Shown in pieces: positions 10,142 to 11,791 of a DNA stretch of 11,791 nt. The position numbers and the translations under genes are program-made. Origin of the DNA: Pseudobdellovibrionaceae bacterium. GTDB lineage: Bacteria > Bdellovibrionota > Bdellovibrionia > Bdellovibrionales > Bdellovibrionaceae. Where the stretch lies: assembly GCA_041288045.1 (NCBI GenBank), contig JBGGMM010000032.1:1-11791 (forward strand), written 5' to 3'. The notes under the pieces are model-generated. The model did no database searches, was not told where the DNA came from, and was given only the letters and a program-made list of their open reading frames with translations. Numbering within the stretch: position 1 is the stretch's first letter; every line of letters starts with the position of its first letter.

Positions 10142-10489
10142 ATGAAATTGCGATGTATCTATGATTTTAGAATTTTAAGCTGGTTTCAGATACAGGCCAT
10201 AACTCTGTATCCATTCATTTTTTTTGCATCTTCAGAAGAAAAAATTTCTAAAGGACTTTTTTCTCACGAACTTCAACATGTTCTCCAAATTCAAAAATTG
10301 GGATGGTTTCGTTTCTACTTTTCATATTTGAAATTTTATTTTCATTTTCGACGAAGGGGACTGAACCATAGAGATGCCTATTTACAGATTCCTTTTGAAA
10401 TTGAAGCCCGAATGGCAGAACGAGAAAAGCTGTCATCAGAAGAAATGGCAAAATTAGAAACTTTGTTTACGAATAAACAACAGTCTTAA
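10142..10489 (+). CDS. Hypothetical 115-aa protein; minimal HExxH zincin-like / DUF4157-like domain
   Basis: Pattern AITLYPFIFF...HELQHVLQ...aromatic helix GWFRFYFSYL...AYLQIPFEIEAR. A(I/M)T-hydrophobic strand, HExxHxxQ and a downstream FExEA match DUF4157-like metallopeptidase families (recognised by pattern, not searched). No clear SD. Confidence 0.7.
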   Translation: MKLRCIYDFRILSWFQIQAITLYPFIFFASSEEKISKGLFSHELQHVLQIQKLGWFRFYFSYLKFYFHFRRRGLNHRDAYLQIPFEIEARMAEREKLSSEEMAKLETLFTNKQQS

Positions 10490-10650
10490 GGTTCATAACC
10501 TTTATTTCGAAAATCTGTTCTCTAGCAAAATATGAAAATCTGCAGCCAATTTATTGATGAGTCACACTTCCAAGCTGTTTTGATATTAGCAATTCCAAAC
10601 AAAGAGTAAAATAGAAATTGCCTATGAACTGTGTAGCAGGAGGTGTTCAG

Positions 10651-11223
10651 TTGAAGAAAACAGTAATGTCTCTATTCCGATACCAGATTCAAATTGACGA
10701 GGCCTTTCATGAGCTTCTTAAGATAGGATTTTCACCTTCACATATGAAATCCTTTTCGACAATTGGCAATCACCGTGTGGGGTATAAGATTGCAACCATT
10801 GGTAGCGATCCCGATGATCGATATGCCGACCAAAAATCTGAACTTTTCCAAATGTTACTTCGGTTTGGATGTCCCCAAGACGACGCACTTCTTTTCGCTG
10901 AAGGTGTTCGACGTGGAGGAAAGCTTGCTATTGTTATTGCAAGAAATACGGAAGTTGATCTGATTGCTAGAATTTTTAAGAAACATGAGGCTCTCGACCT
11001 GCAGTCGAGAAAAAAATTTGGCGAGGAACGACGACTGGGTCCTTTAAAAGGATTAAGTGATTCACCATTTACAAAGATCACTCAAGTTTCCACTTACTCA
11101 AATGATTTGGCAGATTGGGTCCTGGCTCATCAAACAGAATTGGCATCTTCGGTCAGAGTAAAAGTTTTTGATAAACCGATTGAAATTGAGGACAAGAAGC
11201 TTGAGAGAAACTTAAATGAATAA
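10651..11223 (+). CDS. Hypothetical 190-aa protein; general stress protein 17M/YflT-like (YsnF/AvaK-associated N-terminal type) domain
   Basis: KTVMSLF...EAFHELLKIGF and LLRFGCPQDDALLFAEGVRRGGKLAIV...IFKKHEALDL resemble the family pattern TVvglF...a..eL...GF / L...GvpeedA..yaEGVRRGG.lv.V. Start moved from 10618 to in-frame TTG 10651 because of the strong SD AGGAGGTG at 10638-10645. Confidence 0.7.
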   Translation: MKKTVMSLFRYQIQIDEAFHELLKIGFSPSHMKSFSTIGNHRVGYKIATIGSDPDDRYADQKSELFQMLLRFGCPQDDALLFAEGVRRGGKLAIVIARNTEVDLIARIFKKHEALDLQSRKKFGEERRLGPLKGLSDSPFTKITQVSTYSNDLADWVLAHQTELASSVRVKVFDKPIEIEDKKLERNLNE

Positions 11224-11226
11224 GGG

Positions 11227-11490
11227 TCAGACTTTTAATAGGACTGGAAGTTTTTCCATTAAAATTTGATCCGAGCCACAGCTCAAATCCATGTCATTCA
11301 ATCGAAGGTCTTCTGCAATTCTCCAAGCTGTTTTGCGAATTCGCATGCAGGCCTCAGCAATTGTGATTTGGCCTCCATCTTTCAGTGCGAGAATTTTTCT
11401 TAACTGATTCAGGATCTTTTCGCCTTCAAGTTGTGAAATGAGCTGTCCTTGAAGGGCGATCAGCTTTGAATGCAATTTAAGATTTATCAT
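11227..11490 (-). CDS. Hypothetical 87-aa Leu-rich, probably helical protein
   Basis: ATG start with SD-like AAGGGAG just upstream on the minus strand, 15 nt after the stop of the Zn-finger ORF. No family recognised. Confidence 0.6.
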   Translation of the reverse strand: MINLKLHSKLIALQGQLISQLEGEKILNQLRKILALKDGGQITIAEACMRIRKTAWRIAEDLRLNDMDLSCGSDQILMEKLPVLLKV

Positions 11491-11505
11491 AGATTCTCCC
11501 TTGGC

Positions 11506-11691
11506 TTAGACTTTTAATTTTTTTCCACAGTCAGTGCAAAATGTGAAACGGCTCTTCAGAAGCGACAGATGTTTGGTCTGGTTGCAGGTGGCTGCAACCG
11601 ATGCATTGACAATTTTACCGCAATTTGGGCAGTGTCGGACTGTCGCATTTATTCGACCGTGATTCATGTTTGGACATCGAACTTCATTCAT
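11506..11691 (-). CDS. Hypothetical 61-aa protein with two CHCC-type zinc-finger / zinc-ribbon repeats
   Basis: C6-x4-H11-x9-C21-x2-C24-GK and C36-x4-H41-x10-C52-x2-C55-GK. ATG start preceded by a purine-rich stretch (AGAGAAAAGAGAAG). Confidence 0.75.
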   Translation of the reverse strand: MNEVRCPNMNHGRINATVRHCPNCGKIVNASVAATCNQTKHLSLLKSRFTFCTDCGKKLKV

Positions 11692-11789
11692 TGGCTTCTC
11701 TTTTCTCTATTCGCAACAACATTTGTAGATGGAACATGGGGCTTATCTTCAGTGACGACCAATTCGGATCCGTGTTTGATCTTGCCATG
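11688..11789 (-). CDS. 3' end of a probable upstream gene truncated by the window edge
   Basis: Open minus-strand frame HGKIKHGSELVVTEDKPHVPSTNVVANREKRSQ-stop. Its TGA (11690-11688) overlaps the Zn-finger ATG as ATGA, typical of translational coupling. Only 33 codons are visible, and a second frame ending 4 nt further on is also open. Confidence 0.4.
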   Translation of the reverse strand, partial: HGKIKHGSELVVTEDKPHVPSTNVVANREKRSQ

Positions 11790-11791
11790 AA

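Noticed and set aside
10218..10225. T8 run in ORF 10142 as a phase-variation tract
   Set aside because: Short for slippage, encodes Ile-Phe-Phe in an intact frame, and is common in AT-rich DNA.
10551..10566. TTGAT/TCACA half-sites resembling FNR or CRP boxes
   Set aside because: Spacing and partner half-sites fit neither TTGAT-N4-ATCAA nor TGTGA-N6-TCACA.
10618..10650. ORF-track start for the 201-aa ORF
   Set aside because: No SD upstream; the strong SD at 10638-10645 points to TTG 10651, where family similarity begins.
11569..11790. 73-aa plus-strand ORF at the right edge (also 10248-10451, 10763-10963, 10770-11081)
   Set aside because: They overlap better-supported genes and have no motif support.
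1..11791. CRISPR array, tRNA/rRNA, IS element or prophage
   Set aside because: No regularly spaced repeats, cloverleaf, transposase/integrase motifs or phage hallmark genes seen.

Overview
Mostly a housekeeping locus. Bases 1-10028 hold the + strand beta operon: the 3' end of rplA, a structured L10-leader RNA, rplJ, rplL, a hairpin-rich 234-nt spacer, rpoB and rpoC. A strong intrinsic terminator follows. The RpoB and RpoC N-termini resemble, from memory and unverified, those of Bdellovibrio-like bacteria (Bdellovibrionota). After the terminator, instead of rpsL-rpsG-fusA, there is a more AT-rich patch of small genes: a HExxH zincin/DUF4157-like ORF, a general-stress-protein (YflT-like) ORF, and a convergent minus-strand operon. 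That operon encodes an 87-aa helical protein, a 61-aa protein with two CHCC-type Zn-finger repeats, and a probable upstream gene cut by the window edge. I see no CRISPR array, mobile element, tRNA or rRNA, and cannot support a complete novel system here. The best leads are the palindrome cluster in the rplL-rpoB spacer, the small-protein operon at the right edge, and a few lineage-specific RNA polymerase features.
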